Positions 27,001-37,267 of a stretch of 64,000 bases of DNA are shown here, piece by piece. Under the pieces are notes generated by a model. The model was given only the letters and a program-made list of their open reading frames with translations. It made no database searches and was not told the origin of the DNA. The stretch spans positions 1 through 64,000 of IMG/VR virus record IMGVR_UViG_3300031951_021456; one strand, given 5' to 3'. The translations under genes and the position numbers were made by a program. The first letter of the stretch is position 1, and the number at the start of each line of letters is the position of its first letter.

Positions 27001-27753
27001 ATGACAAGAAAAAGAAGGGCAACAGATTCATTAAATTCATTCAAAACTCAAAAGCGCTCAAAAAGAACTATCAGCTTAGAGTTGCTCCATAAAATGCACC
27101 CTCTAACTGAAAATCAAGAAAAATTATTTCAATCATATGAAAATGGCAAGAATATTCTTGCTCATGGTTGCCCAGGAACTGGTAAAACTCATGTTCTCCT
27201 TTACAATGCATTAAAGGATGTTCTCAATGAAAAAACTCCTTATGATAAAATCTTTATTTTCAGATCTACAGTTCAATCATTAGATATTGGGTTTTTGCCT
27301 GGTAACATTGGTGAAAAGATTGCACCATTTGAGGCACCATACCGAAACATGGTTAAAAGCATGTTTAATCTTTCAACAGATGAAGAATTTGAAATGATTT
27401 ATGGTCTTCTTAAGACCGAAAAAATTCTAGAATTTGATTGCGTTTCATTTTTACGGGGAACAACTTATGATAATTGCATTCTTATTGTTGATGAATGTCA
27501 GAATTTAAATTACCATCAACTTTCAACAATTATCACAAGGGTTGGACAAGATACCAAAATTTTCTTTGCGGGTGATTCTAGGCAGTCAGATTTAACAAAA
27601 CAAAGTGAACGTAATGGGTTCATTGAGTTTACTAAGGTTCTTAATCAAATGGAGTCTTTTGATCTAATTCAATTCACTATTGATGATGTTGTCCGTTCTA
27701 ATCTAGTTAAAGAGTTTCTTATGGCTGAGCAAAAAGTTTATGAGCGCATTTAA
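27001..27753 (+). CDS. phoH: PhoH-like ATPase
   Basis: GCPGTGKT, IGFLPG, SFLRG.T, DECQN, GD.RQSDL. Confidence 0.92.
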   Translation: MTRKRRATDSLNSFKTQKRSKRTISLELLHKMHPLTENQEKLFQSYENGKNILAHGCPGTGKTHVLLYNALKDVLNEKTPYDKIFIFRSTVQSLDIGFLPGNIGEKIAPFEAPYRNMVKSMFNLSTDEEFEMIYGLLKTEKILEFDCVSFLRGTTYDNCILIVDECQNLNYHQLSTIITRVGQDTKIFFAGDSRQSDLTKQSERNGFIEFTKVLNQMESFDLIQFTIDDVVRSNLVKEFLMAEQKVYERI

Positions 27754-28444
27754 AGAAAAATTAAAAAAAATCTCAAGACCAATTTTTGAGCAATTAGATC
27801 TAAATTTTCCAATCTTAACACGAACTACAATTGATGGAATTAGATATTATAAAATTGAAAATATTGAGGAGCCTAAGACATTCATCTCTGTTACCTCAAT
27901 TACTTCCAATTACTCTAAGGAAAAAATTAAGGAGTGGAGAAAAAGAGTTGGAGAAGATGAAGCGAACCGAATTACTAAATTTGCAACAGCACTAGGAACT
28001 CAATATCATGCAATTGTTGAATGCTATCTAAAAAATGAAGAGCTTCCAGAAAAATCAGATCTCGCAAAATATCTTTTTAGTAATGCTAAATCTCACTTAA
28101 ACAGAATTGGTAAAATTCATACCATTGAGCAGCCACTTTATTCATCGTTTTGGGAATTAGCTGGCACTCCAGATATCATAGCAGAATTTGATGGTGTTTT
28201 AAGTGTCATTGACAATAAGACTTCAAAGGAGCCAAAAAAATTAGAATGGATTGAAGGTTATTTTGTTCAATGTTTTGCTTATGCTCTAATGTATGCTGAA
28301 CATTTTGGAACAATGCCAAAACAATTAGTCATTATTATGTCATGTCAAAATGGTGATGTTGAAGTTTATATTGAAAGAGATCTCATAAAATATGTAAAAA
28401 TTTTGAGACAATACATTAATAAATTCATTGAAGATAAGAAATGA
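27740..28444 (+). CDS. PD-(D/E)XK exonuclease (Cas4-like)
   Basis: SVTSI, WRKRVG, AGTPD, IDNKTS, Q..AY. Confidence 0.85.
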   Translation: MSAFKEKLKKISRPIFEQLDLNFPILTRTTIDGIRYYKIENIEEPKTFISVTSITSNYSKEKIKEWRKRVGEDEANRITKFATALGTQYHAIVECYLKNEELPEKSDLAKYLFSNAKSHLNRIGKIHTIEQPLYSSFWELAGTPDIIAEFDGVLSVIDNKTSKEPKKLEWIEGYFVQCFAYALMYAEHFGTMPKQLVIIMSCQNGDVEVYIERDLIKYVKILRQYINKFIEDKK

Positions 28445-28704
28445 ACACAGCCGAAGAACTACAAAAAGAAATAGAAAAAAAATTCCTGTGCCCAGAAAAG
28501 TTTACCAAAGAGATTGAAAGGATGGTTTCAAGTCGTGATGACTTAAATTATATTACGGCAATTACTGAATATTGTGAAATTAATGGGATTGATATTGAGT
28601 CTATCACAAAACTTATCTCTAGTAGTCTTAAAGATAGAATAAAAACTGATGCTACTCGTTTAAATTTTATTAAAAGAACATCTAAATCTAGATTGCCGTG
28701 GTAA
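28441..28704 (+). CDS. gp33: Late-transcription coactivator gp33
   Basis: F..EIE...YI.AI..YCE...I....KLIS..LK. Confidence 0.85.
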   Translation: MNTAEELQKEIEKKFLCPEKFTKEIERMVSSRDDLNYITAITEYCEINGIDIESITKLISSSLKDRIKTDATRLNFIKRTSKSRLPW

Positions 28705-29291
28705 ATCCATATGAAGCATATGTAACATATCTTGCATTAAAAAGACATTTCTCTTCTGAACAATATGATTATTTCAAATACAATGGAAAAATAAGATGTT
28801 CAGAAGAATCCTTTAAAAAATGTAGAGAGCGGTTTTTCTTTGAAAAATTGAGCCGAAAGAAAAAACCACAGGAAATAATTGACCTTTTTGTTTCAAATTT
28901 TGTTGCAGTTGACAATCCGTCTTCACTATGGATTGGAGATATTGTCAAAAATGGTGAATCAATCTATAAGGAAAGTCAAAAAATAAGAGAATCATTATCT
29001 TATATTTTTGAACAAGACTTAAGAGAATTGACTGATAATAGTCATCTATATGAATTAGTAAAAGTTGAAGGCTCAAAGCATCCAAAAATAATAAAACTTT
29101 TCTTAAATAAAAATATAAGATTTGAAACCTTTTTCATTCTTATTAAATGTCTTGAACTTAAGAAAAAATATGATCAAGCTCTTGATGATCCAATCTGGAA
29201 AATAATTAGTAATAAAATTTCAAAATACGAAAACTTTTTTCGCGGGGATCTCTCTAAATACAAGGGCATTATACGAAAACATATCTCATGA
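28698..29291 (+). CDS. gp59: Helicase loader gp59
   Basis: YLALKRHF...YDYFKYNGK...FFFEKLSRK. Confidence 0.88.
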   Translation: MVNPYEAYVTYLALKRHFSSEQYDYFKYNGKIRCSEESFKKCRERFFFEKLSRKKKPQEIIDLFVSNFVAVDNPSSLWIGDIVKNGESIYKESQKIRESLSYIFEQDLRELTDNSHLYELVKVEGSKHPKIIKLFLNKNIRFETFFILIKCLELKKKYDQALDDPIWKIISNKISKYENFFRGDLSKYKGIIRKHIS

Positions 29292-29608
29292 GTTTTTTTG
29301 ATTCAACTGTTGTTCAAGATGAAGCTGAGTACACTAGAAAGCTAATTAAAAGATTTGCAGAACTTCCACTTGTAATAACCCTATCAGAAGAGGAGATTCG
29401 TAGTTGGGTAAATGATATGGAAGAGTTATTAGATAAGACTAAAATCTTTTTCACTCGCCTAGGATTATCTGACGATAAAGAAGCACAAGAAATCAAACAT
29501 AAAGCCGATATCTATGCGAAATTGATTGGAAAAAATTATTTTATGGAAGCATTAGACGAGGTGCAAATAGTAATTAATGAAGTAAAGAACCAACTTGATA
29601 AACAATGA
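29288..29608 (+). CDS. DUF1825-like cyanophage protein
   Basis: MSFFDS.VVQ...RL.LSDD.EA; synteny between gp59 and gp32. Confidence 0.7.
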   Translation: MSFFDSTVVQDEAEYTRKLIKRFAELPLVITLSEEEIRSWVNDMEELLDKTKIFFTRLGLSDDKEAQEIKHKADIYAKLIGKNYFMEALDEVQIVINEVKNQLDKQ

Positions 29609-30182
29609 TTTATTAAATAGAATAAAATATAGAATAAAGCAGCACCATAAACTATACGAATTACCTGTTATTGCTGAATATTGGGAAGAGATATTTGCAA
29701 AATCTATTGAAGATATTGAAGGTTATACTGATTGGAGACCAGATCGTTCACATTCCGTTGGTAAAGATCAAATATGCACAATAGATGGAAATACGTTAAA
29801 GATCTCAAATAAGAGCGGAAAATATAATATCATTAAAAGAACCCTTCAAATAAGTGGTTCAAGAAGTGGTGAATATAAAACACTCAAGCAAAAATTGAAG
29901 TTCTTTTCAGATAAACAGGAAGATGTTTATGTGTGTCTAGCAACAAACACCAAAAAATCCATAAGAAATGAATATTATTTATTCTCATTCAACACAAAAA
30001 TACTAGACTATTCGGAAGCTATATGGGAACCTAAGATCTCAAAGGCTGGAAAACAAAATGGTTGGCACTGTAAAACTGATAATTATTATGCCTGCATACA
30101 ACAATCTCTAAGTGGACAATTGTGGACAACTATTAACACTCTTTCAACAAATTTAGAACCGGAGATTGTAAAAATTGATTGA
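29595..30182 (+). CDS. Hypothetical protein, possible restriction endonuclease partner of the methyltransferase
   Basis: E..WEE...D...ISNKSG; overlaps MTase start. Confidence 0.5.
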   Translation: MINNDLLNRIKYRIKQHHKLYELPVIAEYWEEIFAKSIEDIEGYTDWRPDRSHSVGKDQICTIDGNTLKISNKSGKYNIIKRTLQISGSRSGEYKTLKQKLKFFSDKQEDVYVCLATNTKKSIRNEYYLFSFNTKILDYSEAIWEPKISKAGKQNGWHCKTDNYYACIQQSLSGQLWTTINTLSTNLEPEIVKID

Positions 30183-30921
30183 CTTATATTGTGGCGATTG
30201 CCTAAAAATTCTTCCTAATATTGATTCAAATATAGTAGATTTAGTGCTCGTTGATCTTCCATATAAAATGACGGCAGCCAAATTTGATGTTCTTATTCCT
30301 TTTGAACCACTTTGGGAACAATATAATAGAATAGCAAAGGAAAATGCGGCATTTGTTTTTACTGCATCTCAACCTTTCACAACTCTTCTTATTAATTCAA
30401 ATCTAAAAAACTTCAGATATGAATGGATTTGGGTAAAACCTCAAGGAACTAATCCAATGGTCAAAGACCATCAACCACTTAAGTCGCATGAGAATATTAT
30501 AGTTTTTTATAGGAAAAAGCCCACATATAATCCCCAGATGACTATATCAACGCCTTATGGTGGATTTAAATCAAAAACGAAACAGATTGGTGAAGTCTAT
30601 GGGGATTTAAAATCTAAGCATAGGACAAACCCAGAAGGAACAAGATATCCAAAAACTGTCTTGCATTATAAGCAAGAAAAGGGTCTTCATCCAACTCAAA
30701 AGCCAGTTGGATTGATGGAATATTTAATTAAGACCTACACAAACGAGGGAGAGGTGGTTTTGGATAACGCTTTTGGTAGTGGGACAACTGGAGTAGCTGC
30801 CAAAAAAACTGGAAGAGATTTTATCGGCATGGAGATAGATGAAGATTATTTCAATATTGGTTCACAGAGAATAGCTAAAACACCTAAACTAAATACATTA
30901 GATAAAATATTTGGTTGGTAA
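30175..30921 (+). CDS. N4/N6 DNA methyltransferase (beta class)
   Basis: GDCL, DLPY, HPTQKP, VLDNAFGSGTT. Confidence 0.9.
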   Translation: MIDLYCGDCLKILPNIDSNIVDLVLVDLPYKMTAAKFDVLIPFEPLWEQYNRIAKENAAFVFTASQPFTTLLINSNLKNFRYEWIWVKPQGTNPMVKDHQPLKSHENIIVFYRKKPTYNPQMTISTPYGGFKSKTKQIGEVYGDLKSKHRTNPEGTRYPKTVLHYKQEKGLHPTQKPVGLMEYLIKTYTNEGEVVLDNAFGSGTTGVAAKKTGRDFIGMEIDEDYFNIGSQRIAKTPKLNTLDKIFGW

Positions 30922-30978
30922 ACCATTGATTTTCAAGAAGCCTCCAAATTAAACAACATACATCGCAAACAACGTTAA

Positions 30979-31926
30979 ATGGATTTCAAACAATTTAAAA
31001 AGCGCAGTCAAACAAACATTGGTGCTCTCACCGAAAAACTCTTAAAAGATTCTGAGAATCAAAAAGGTAGCTCATATACTGAAAACACGAACGAATTTAA
31101 ACTACAGACCGATAAATCTGGTAATGGTCGGGCAATTATTAGGTTTCTTCCAGATCCTGTGGATCCTGAAGGCATTTTCTACGTTTCCCTTTATAATCAC
31201 GGCTTTAAAGTTGGAAACAAATGGCTAATTGAAAATTGCCCAACCACTCTAGGCAATGATAATCCTTGCCCTGTTTGTGAAGCCAATGTTGAACTTTGGA
31301 ATAGTGGTATTGAATCTAATAAAGGTGTTGCACGAGATAGAAAGCGCAAACTTTCTTATTATGCAAACATTTATGTCATTAGCAATCCTGCAGATCCTTC
31401 TATTGAGGGTCAGGTTAAACTCTTTAGATTTGGTCAAAAGCTTCTGGATAAAATCAAAGCTGCATCAAAACCCGAATTTGAAGGCGATACTGTAATTCTT
31501 CCTCATAATTATTGGGAAGGTGCAAACTTCCGTCTCATTTCTAAGACTGTAAAAACTACAATAGGTGGCAAGGAAGTAAATATGCCAAACTACGATGACA
31601 GTCGCTTTGAAGACAAATCAGTCTTTCTTGGTGGTGATGATGATCAAATTGAGGAGGTGCATAATCAACTTATTCAAATTCGGGAACTTGTTGATCCTTC
31701 TAAGTTTAAGTCATACGATGAATTACAAAAGCGGTTTTCCTCTGTTATTAAAACCCGTTCAGTTCATTCTGTAGAAGAACAAGAAAAGGATCTTAACGAA
31801 ATGCTTTCTGATAAAGAAGACATTTTAGCCGAACTTGAAAGTTCTTATAGTAAATCTAGAGAAGTTCTCTCCGATAGTGATGAAGATGAGGATCTTAAGC
31901 GTTTTATGGCTCTTGCTGATAGCTGA
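30979..31926 (+). CDS. gp32: Single-stranded DNA binding protein gp32
   Basis: DKSGNGRAIIRFLP, ENCPTT...CPVCE, RKRKLSYYANI, acidic tail. Confidence 0.95.
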   Translation: MDFKQFKKRSQTNIGALTEKLLKDSENQKGSSYTENTNEFKLQTDKSGNGRAIIRFLPDPVDPEGIFYVSLYNHGFKVGNKWLIENCPTTLGNDNPCPVCEANVELWNSGIESNKGVARDRKRKLSYYANIYVISNPADPSIEGQVKLFRFGQKLLDKIKAASKPEFEGDTVILPHNYWEGANFRLISKTVKTTIGGKEVNMPNYDDSRFEDKSVFLGGDDDQIEEVHNQLIQIRELVDPSKFKSYDELQKRFSSVIKTRSVHSVEEQEKDLNEMLSDKEDILAELESSYSKSREVLSDSDEDEDLKRFMALADS

Positions 31927-31983
31927 AGCCAGTTAAACAACTGAACACTCTCCACCCCACTTGGTCAACAGGTGGGGTATTAT
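31926..31983 (+). promoter_or_regulatory. Palindrome-associated early promoter overlapping a hairpin after gp32
   Basis: AAGCCAGTT-N4-AACTGAACA, 30 bp, TATTAT; hairpin ACCCCAC/GTGGGGT. Confidence 0.65.
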
Positions 31984-32002
31984 TATGGAAATTGCAACAT
32001 TC

Positions 32003-32380
32003 ATGAAAATCTCAACAACACATAAAGAATTTTCAGATCGCTTAAATGACCAAACTGCTCTAGAATATCCCGAACATTTTCTTGGACCTAATTGGAAAGA
32101 TGTATTGAACTTCTGGATTTATTTGGATACTTTGAGTGTTGAAGATTTTAGATTAATTATTAATCGTTTTTGGGATGTATGTGCAGATGCTAGAGTTTCT
32201 GCTAGGGACAAGGCCTTTAAAGCTGCTGAAGCTACTATAGGTAATGATTATACAAATATGGCTTTGTCTGCCGCTGCCGCTGCCGATGGCCCTGCTGGGT
32301 CTTCTTATGCAACTCTTGATCTCATTGGTTCTCATAAGCTAGAGTCTCTTAAGTTTCTTCCTTTGTTTTTAACGAAATGA
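32003..32380 (+). CDS. MKIS/GPNW paralog, array 2 copy 1
   Basis: Family motifs; start at MKIS. Confidence 0.85.
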   Translation: MKISTTHKEFSDRLNDQTALEYPEHFLGPNWKDVLNFWIYLDTLSVEDFRLIINRFWDVCADARVSARDKAFKAAEATIGNDYTNMALSAAAAADGPAGSSYATLDLIGSHKLESLKFLPLFLTK

Positions 32381-32781
32381 AAATCTCTAAAACACATCAA
32401 AAATTTGAATATCTGTTAAGATATAGTGATCATCACGTCCGTCGTCGCCAAACTACTCTAGAATACCCTGAACTATTTCTTGGACCCAATTGGAAAAATG
32501 TCCTGAACTTCTGGATTTATTTGGATACTTTGAGTGATGAAAAGCTTAATTTAAGTGATGAAAAGCTTAATTTAATTGATAGGCTCTATTCGTCTTTAGA
32601 TGATTTGGGGACCTTAAAGATATTTTCTTGGAAAGCTGCTAAAGATACTATAGATAATGAATATGCAGATGCAGCTTGGTGGGCCACTCCTACAATTGTA
32701 TATGGTTATGCAACTCTTGAACTCATCGCTTCACAAGAGCTTAAGTCTCTTAAGTTTCTTCCTTTGTTTTTAACGAAATGA
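32377..32781 (+). CDS. MKIS/GPNW paralog, array 2 copy 2
   Basis: Family motifs; 21-bp duplication. Confidence 0.85.
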   Translation: MKISKTHQKFEYLLRYSDHHVRRRQTTLEYPELFLGPNWKNVLNFWIYLDTLSDEKLNLSDEKLNLIDRLYSSLDDLGTLKIFSWKAAKDTIDNEYADAAWWATPTIVYGYATLELIASQELKSLKFLPLFLTK

Positions 32782-33143
32782 AAATCTCTAAAACACATAA
32801 AGAATTTGCAGATGATTTAAAAGACCAAACTGCTCTAGAATACCCTGAACGATTTCTAGGACCCAATTGGAAGAATGTCCTGAACTTCTGGATTTACTTG
32901 GATACTTTGAGTGATGAAGATTTTGATATAGTTACTAAGCGTTATTTGGATTTAGATGCAGATGCTAGAGTTTCTGCTTGGGACAATGCCTTTAAAGCTA
33001 CTGAAGCTACTATATGTGATGATTATGTATATGTAATTTGGTACTCTGCCGGTATAGATGCATCTGTTTATGCAACCCTTGAACTCATCGCTTCACATAA
33101 GCTTGAGACTCTCAATTTTCTTCCACTGTTTCTAACCCCATGA
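32778..33143 (+). CDS. MKIS/GPNW paralog, array 2 copy 3
   Basis: Family motifs. Confidence 0.85.
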   Translation: MKISKTHKEFADDLKDQTALEYPERFLGPNWKNVLNFWIYLDTLSDEDFDIVTKRYLDLDADARVSAWDNAFKATEATICDDYVYVIWYSAGIDASVYATLELIASHKLETLNFLPLFLTP

Positions 33144-33505
33144 AAATCTCCACCGCCCATCAAAAATTTGCAGATCGGTTAAATAACCAAACTGCTCTAG
33201 AATACCCTGAACTTTATCTAGGACCCAATTGGAAGGATGTATTGAACTTCTGGTTGTACTTGGATACTTTGAGTCGTGAAGATTTTAGGTTACTTAATAA
33301 GCGTTATTATGCTTTAGAAGAAGATGCTAGAGTTTCTGCTAGAGACAATGCTTTTAAAGCTGCTGAAGCTACTATAGTTCACGAATATGGAAATGTAGCT
33401 TGGTTTGTAACACCTATATATGTATCTAGTCATGCAACCCTTGAACTCATTGGTTCTCATAATCTAGAATCTCTTAAGTTTCTTCCTTTGTTTTTAACGA
33501 AATGA
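33140..33505 (+). CDS. MKIS/GPNW paralog, array 2 copy 4
   Basis: Family motifs; core near-identical to 9217..9627. Confidence 0.85.
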   Translation: MKISTAHQKFADRLNNQTALEYPELYLGPNWKDVLNFWLYLDTLSREDFRLLNKRYYALEEDARVSARDNAFKAAEATIVHEYGNVAWFVTPIYVSSHATLELIGSHNLESLKFLPLFLTK

Positions 33506-33870
33506 AAATCTCAACAACACATCAACAATTTGCAGATCGTTTAAGAAACAAAAGAGCCATAAAACATCCAGAAGAATTTCTAGGTAAAAATTGGAAAGAT
33601 GTTTTGAACTTTTGGATCTTTATAGATACTTTGAATGAAGATCAGTGGAAGAGTATTAAAGATGCTCATTATTCTTTAAGACTCCATGAATGTAATCTTG
33701 CTATTGATGCTGCTATTGATGCTGCTTGGCTTGCTGCAGGCGCCGGTGGATGCGATGCTGCTTTGTTTACTTCTGGTTATGCTGCTTGCGAAATTATAGG
33801 TTCTCATATACTTAAAGAACAAGGTAAATCTTTAGTCTCCTTTCCACTATACTTAAAATTTTCTCAATAA
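33502..33870 (+). CDS. MKIS/GPNW paralog, array 2 copy 5 (divergent)
   Basis: FLGKNWKDVLNFWIFIDTL. Confidence 0.8.
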   Translation: MKISTTHQQFADRLRNKRAIKHPEEFLGKNWKDVLNFWIFIDTLNEDQWKSIKDAHYSLRLHECNLAIDAAIDAAWLAAGAGGCDAALFTSGYAACEIIGSHILKEQGKSLVSFPLYLKFSQ

Positions 33871-34823
33871 AATTTATCACTTCTTTTAAGTTTCTCATTA
33901 ACATATTGACTTCCACCGATTTTATAATTACTATAAGACTCTGCATCATTTATAACAACTCCAAGATATGTAGGCTTAAGAACATAAATTTCTCTTTTTT
34001 TATTATTAATATTTAATTCATAATCATAGTTTAAAACACTACTTAAAAATGTTGAGCTACCAACGCGGCTCAATTTGCCCTGATCATAATATTCAAAATA
34101 ATAAGTATTACCCGAAGTTGAATTTTCATTTAGCATGTAAGTAACACTTTCATTATTTTCAGAAATTTCTGGATTTAGATCTACTGGAGTGTTCTCGACA
34201 TCATATGTAAACGAATAAACCTTATTATCAGAAAAAGGAATAAAAACTGAAGTGATTCTAAAAATTCCATTATAAGATAAATCATTTACATTTGAAATAG
34301 TAATAGAATTTCCAACTTTAAGATTTTCAATAGGATCATTCATGGTAACCGTAACGACATTTAATTCATTACAAAAAATCTGAGTTATTTTTTTAGAAAT
34401 CGCTGCAATAAAATTTCCATTGGTCTTCCATTCTTTTTGAATTTTAAGACCTGCTGGTAAAACTGTAATACCGGCAGATGTTTTTAATTCTTTTGTTTCG
34501 TAATGGTGAACATCATAAATGCTATCGTATGAACCATATTTTTCAATTAAATATTCTTTAAACGAAAAATCATCCAAGGGCCATTCATCTCTTATGTTGA
34601 TGATATTATTTGAAAGGAGAATGACCCAATCTAAAGTTTCATCTTCATAAAACTTTTCTGCAACTTGTTCTGGCCGTTCATTACCTAAAACATTATACTT
34701 ATTAAAATATACGAGATTACCAAAAATATCATCGCGTATTTTATTTTTTCTAAAGAGATTCTTTATTTGAATGTTTAATTCACTATATTCAAAATTAGGA
34801 ACACTGCGAAAATAGAAAGACAT
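33864..34823 (-). CDS. gp53: Baseplate wedge subunit gp53
   Basis: YF...PNFEY, ERPEQVA..FY....LDWVILLSNNI....EWP. Confidence 0.85.
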   Translation of the reverse strand: MSFYFRSVPNFEYSELNIQIKNLFRKNKIRDDIFGNLVYFNKYNVLGNERPEQVAEKFYEDETLDWVILLSNNIINIRDEWPLDDFSFKEYLIEKYGSYDSIYDVHHYETKELKTSAGITVLPAGLKIQKEWKTNGNFIAAISKKITQIFCNELNVVTVTMNDPIENLKVGNSITISNVNDLSYNGIFRITSVFIPFSDNKVYSFTYDVENTPVDLNPEISENNESVTYMLNENSTSGNTYYFEYYDQGKLSRVGSSTFLSSVLNYDYELNINNKKREIYVLKPTYLGVVINDAESYSNYKIGGSQYVNEKLKRSDKFY

Positions 34824-34825
34824 TG

Positions 34826-36187
34826 TTAAAAACCGATCTCATCCATTGGAAGTTTTTGATAATCATCAAAATATAATGGCTCAAGTTCTTGAAATTGCAT
34901 ATCAAGAGAATAAGCAGTCATTGTATTTTCCGCATCATCATAAGTCATATATTGATTTGAAGGTGTATAATTCACATTAAAAATCTTAAGTGCACAAGTT
35001 TTCATTTGACCGATTGCTTTATGTTTCTTGTCGCTTTTTCCATTAATATATTCAATTTCATAAATCATTGGAGTTTTAAGAAAAATATCTGCAACACCTT
35101 TTCGTGCTGCCATTGATTGTTTAAATACTCTTATAATTTGCCTGACTTGTTTTGCTTCTTTTTTATTTCTTGGGGTTAAATCAAATCTAAAGCTAAATGG
35201 TCGCAATTCTGGACTTTGGAAGAGAAGTTCTAAATTTGGATTTAAAACCGAACCATAAGCTCTACTAAAAAAGTTACTCTGAGATCCTATAGACATTCTA
35301 GCAAAGAAAGAATGTAAATAATTGGATATCCCAGCATTTGACTCTTTATCTCTGAGTAAATTTTCAAAGGTACTCTTAATACTATCAAATTGTTCCTTTA
35401 ATTCTTTTTGCTGCAATGTTAAGGATGTGAATCCAGCGGCTTGTTCAATTGCATTCATAGTATCTGTATTCCAATTCACCATATTGCTATCTGATATCCC
35501 ACCTTGAATTGGAAGCATTATTGTTGACTTTATAATTTTTTCAGTAGTATCAAATCGTTCTAGACGCTTTAATCCATCGGTTGTAAAGGCTCGTGGCTTA
35601 TAATTTATAACTTTAAACTTAATAAAGTCTTGTTCAAATTTATTTTCTTCTAGCGTTTCAGGATAAAATAACTTTACTGGAAATGGTATAAATTCTTTAT
35701 CTGCAGTATTTGCTGGAACACCTTCAACGAGAATACTGGGCAATTTTTCAGAATCTATAGCATAATCACCATCTTCACCATTTAAGGGTTCAGTAAATCT
35801 TGAAAGGCCATTTGAGATTATTTCTTCTGGCTGAAGAGTTTTAATTTGATCTCTTCGCAGTTTCTCAACATTTCCTTTTTTATATACATCATTTATTAAA
35901 CTTTTCTTAATAATTTCCGATTCATTTTTATTAACAACTTTCACTACATAATTATCACTCTTATTTGAAGTTATTTTTGCAACCTTATTACCATTTGGCC
36001 TAATCTCAAATACTGTTGTATCACCAGTGCATTGATTAATTACTGTTTCATATTTTCTTTCTGATGTTGTTAAGTTTAATTCAACACTTATTGGTGCCGA
36101 TGGGTTTATACTTTGCGCAATGGTAGAAGGATTTTTTTCTGTTAATGTGGCTTTAAATGGCGGAAGTGTTACAGTTTTACAGGCCAT
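34826..36187 (-). CDS. gp48: Baseplate tail-tube cap gp48
   Basis: NPNLELLF..P.LR.F.F.F...PR...EA; NYTP; FQELEP. Confidence 0.85.
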   Translation of the reverse strand: MACKTVTLPPFKATLTEKNPSTIAQSINPSAPISVELNLTTSERKYETVINQCTGDTTVFEIRPNGNKVAKITSNKSDNYVVKVVNKNESEIIKKSLINDVYKKGNVEKLRRDQIKTLQPEEIISNGLSRFTEPLNGEDGDYAIDSEKLPSILVEGVPANTADKEFIPFPVKLFYPETLEENKFEQDFIKFKVINYKPRAFTTDGLKRLERFDTTEKIIKSTIMLPIQGGISDSNMVNWNTDTMNAIEQAAGFTSLTLQQKELKEQFDSIKSTFENLLRDKESNAGISNYLHSFFARMSIGSQSNFFSRAYGSVLNPNLELLFQSPELRPFSFRFDLTPRNKKEAKQVRQIIRVFKQSMAARKGVADIFLKTPMIYEIEYINGKSDKKHKAIGQMKTCALKIFNVNYTPSNQYMTYDDAENTMTAYSLDMQFQELEPLYFDDYQKLPMDEIGF

Positions 36188-36208
36188 TATCAGTCATTTA
36201 ATATAAGC

Positions 36209-36216
36209 TATTTATA
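36209..36216 (-). promoter_or_regulatory. T4-type late promoter
   Basis: TATAAATA on minus strand upstream of gp48. Confidence 0.75.
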
Positions 36217-36817
36217 ATGGAATGAAGATTGGTAGAAAGGTTGGAATCTGTAAAAAGTATTCAAGCTCATGCGGCTTTATTCTATAAAACTTACTTTGAA
36301 GTCCACTATACAAATAAGTTCTATGGACACTTTCAACATATTCAGGTGCTCTTTCCCAGTGAAAATTGAAGCCTTTAAAATACACTGGATGTATTGAATT
36401 TAACATAATAACCGGAAATACATCATAATATTTACCCTTTGTCTTGGCAATATACTTAAAGGTATAGATTCCATGAAGATCCATTGCCTCTTCAGCTCTG
36501 CCCATTTTACGCAGAAGCTCTAGAATAAGATTAAAGTATTGCGGAGGAGATAAGCCCGGTGGCATCTTTTCAACAAAATTTTTAATTGCATAGAACTCAT
36601 CTGCTTCTTCTTTAAGCTCTTCAACTTGTCTAATAATTGATCTAGGTTCTTCTTGACCAGAAGCCTTTAATCTATTCGTAATTGTCTTTAGTTGATCTGA
36701 GAGCCGCTGAAGTCTTATTTCACTTGCTTTACCTAATCTTGAAAAAAATCCTTTAAGAGCTTGCATTGTGCCAAAAGCAGCTTTCGCGATGTTGCTCATT
36801 TTTCTTGGAAATTTCAT
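36212..36817 (-). CDS. gp2-like DNA end protector domain protein
   Basis: YTF.Y.AKT...YYD.FP......F.G.NFHW; adjacent to gp4. Confidence 0.6.
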   Translation of the reverse strand: MKFPRKMSNIAKAAFGTMQALKGFFSRLGKASEIRLQRLSDQLKTITNRLKASGQEEPRSIIRQVEELKEEADEFYAIKNFVEKMPPGLSPPQYFNLILELLRKMGRAEEAMDLHGIYTFKYIAKTKGKYYDVFPVIMLNSIHPVYFKGFNFHWERAPEYVESVHRTYLYSGLQSKFYRIKPHELEYFLQIPTFLPIFIPL

Positions 36818-37263
36818 AGCCACAGCTCCTTTTCAGTTACGAGTTTGAATATAAATCCATGGTCTATACAAAATCTTTGAGCTGCTTCCCATTTGGCTAA
36901 ATTTTTCGCATAAGTTTTAGTTTCAGTAATATATGTTTTACTTCTTTTTCTAGGTGATGGTTTCGGTGGCATAGTTTGCCTTTTAGGTTTTATTTCAAGA
37001 ATATACTTCTTTATTTCTCCAGATTGTTCCTTTATCTCTACAAATAAATCTGGAAAATATCTTCTTATTTTTTTAGTTGTTGGGTCAAAATATTTAATTT
37101 GAATAGATTCACTGCTCCATGAAAGAATATCTGGCTGTAAATCACACCAATGAAAAGCCTTTAATTCATAGCTACTTCTATAAACTATATTTCTAATATC
37201 TCCAATGTATTTTTGTGGATTTACTGGATTAAAGAAATTTTGTATATAATTCTTTTCTGCCAC
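36814..37263 (-). CDS. gp4: Head completion nuclease gp4
   Basis: P.NPQKY.GD...IVYRSSYE, RYFPD, EIKPK.QT, N.AKW.AA. Confidence 0.9.
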   Translation of the reverse strand: MAEKNYIQNFFNPVNPQKYIGDIRNIVYRSSYELKAFHWCDLQPDILSWSSESIQIKYFDPTTKKIRRYFPDLFVEIKEQSGEIKKYILEIKPKRQTMPPKPSPRKRSKTYITETKTYAKNLAKWEAAQRFCIDHGFIFKLVTEKELWL

Positions 37264-37267
37264 ACTA

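Noticed and set aside
27740-28444. Cas4 as evidence of a CRISPR system
   Set aside because: Standard T4-like phage exonuclease in its usual position between phoH and gp33
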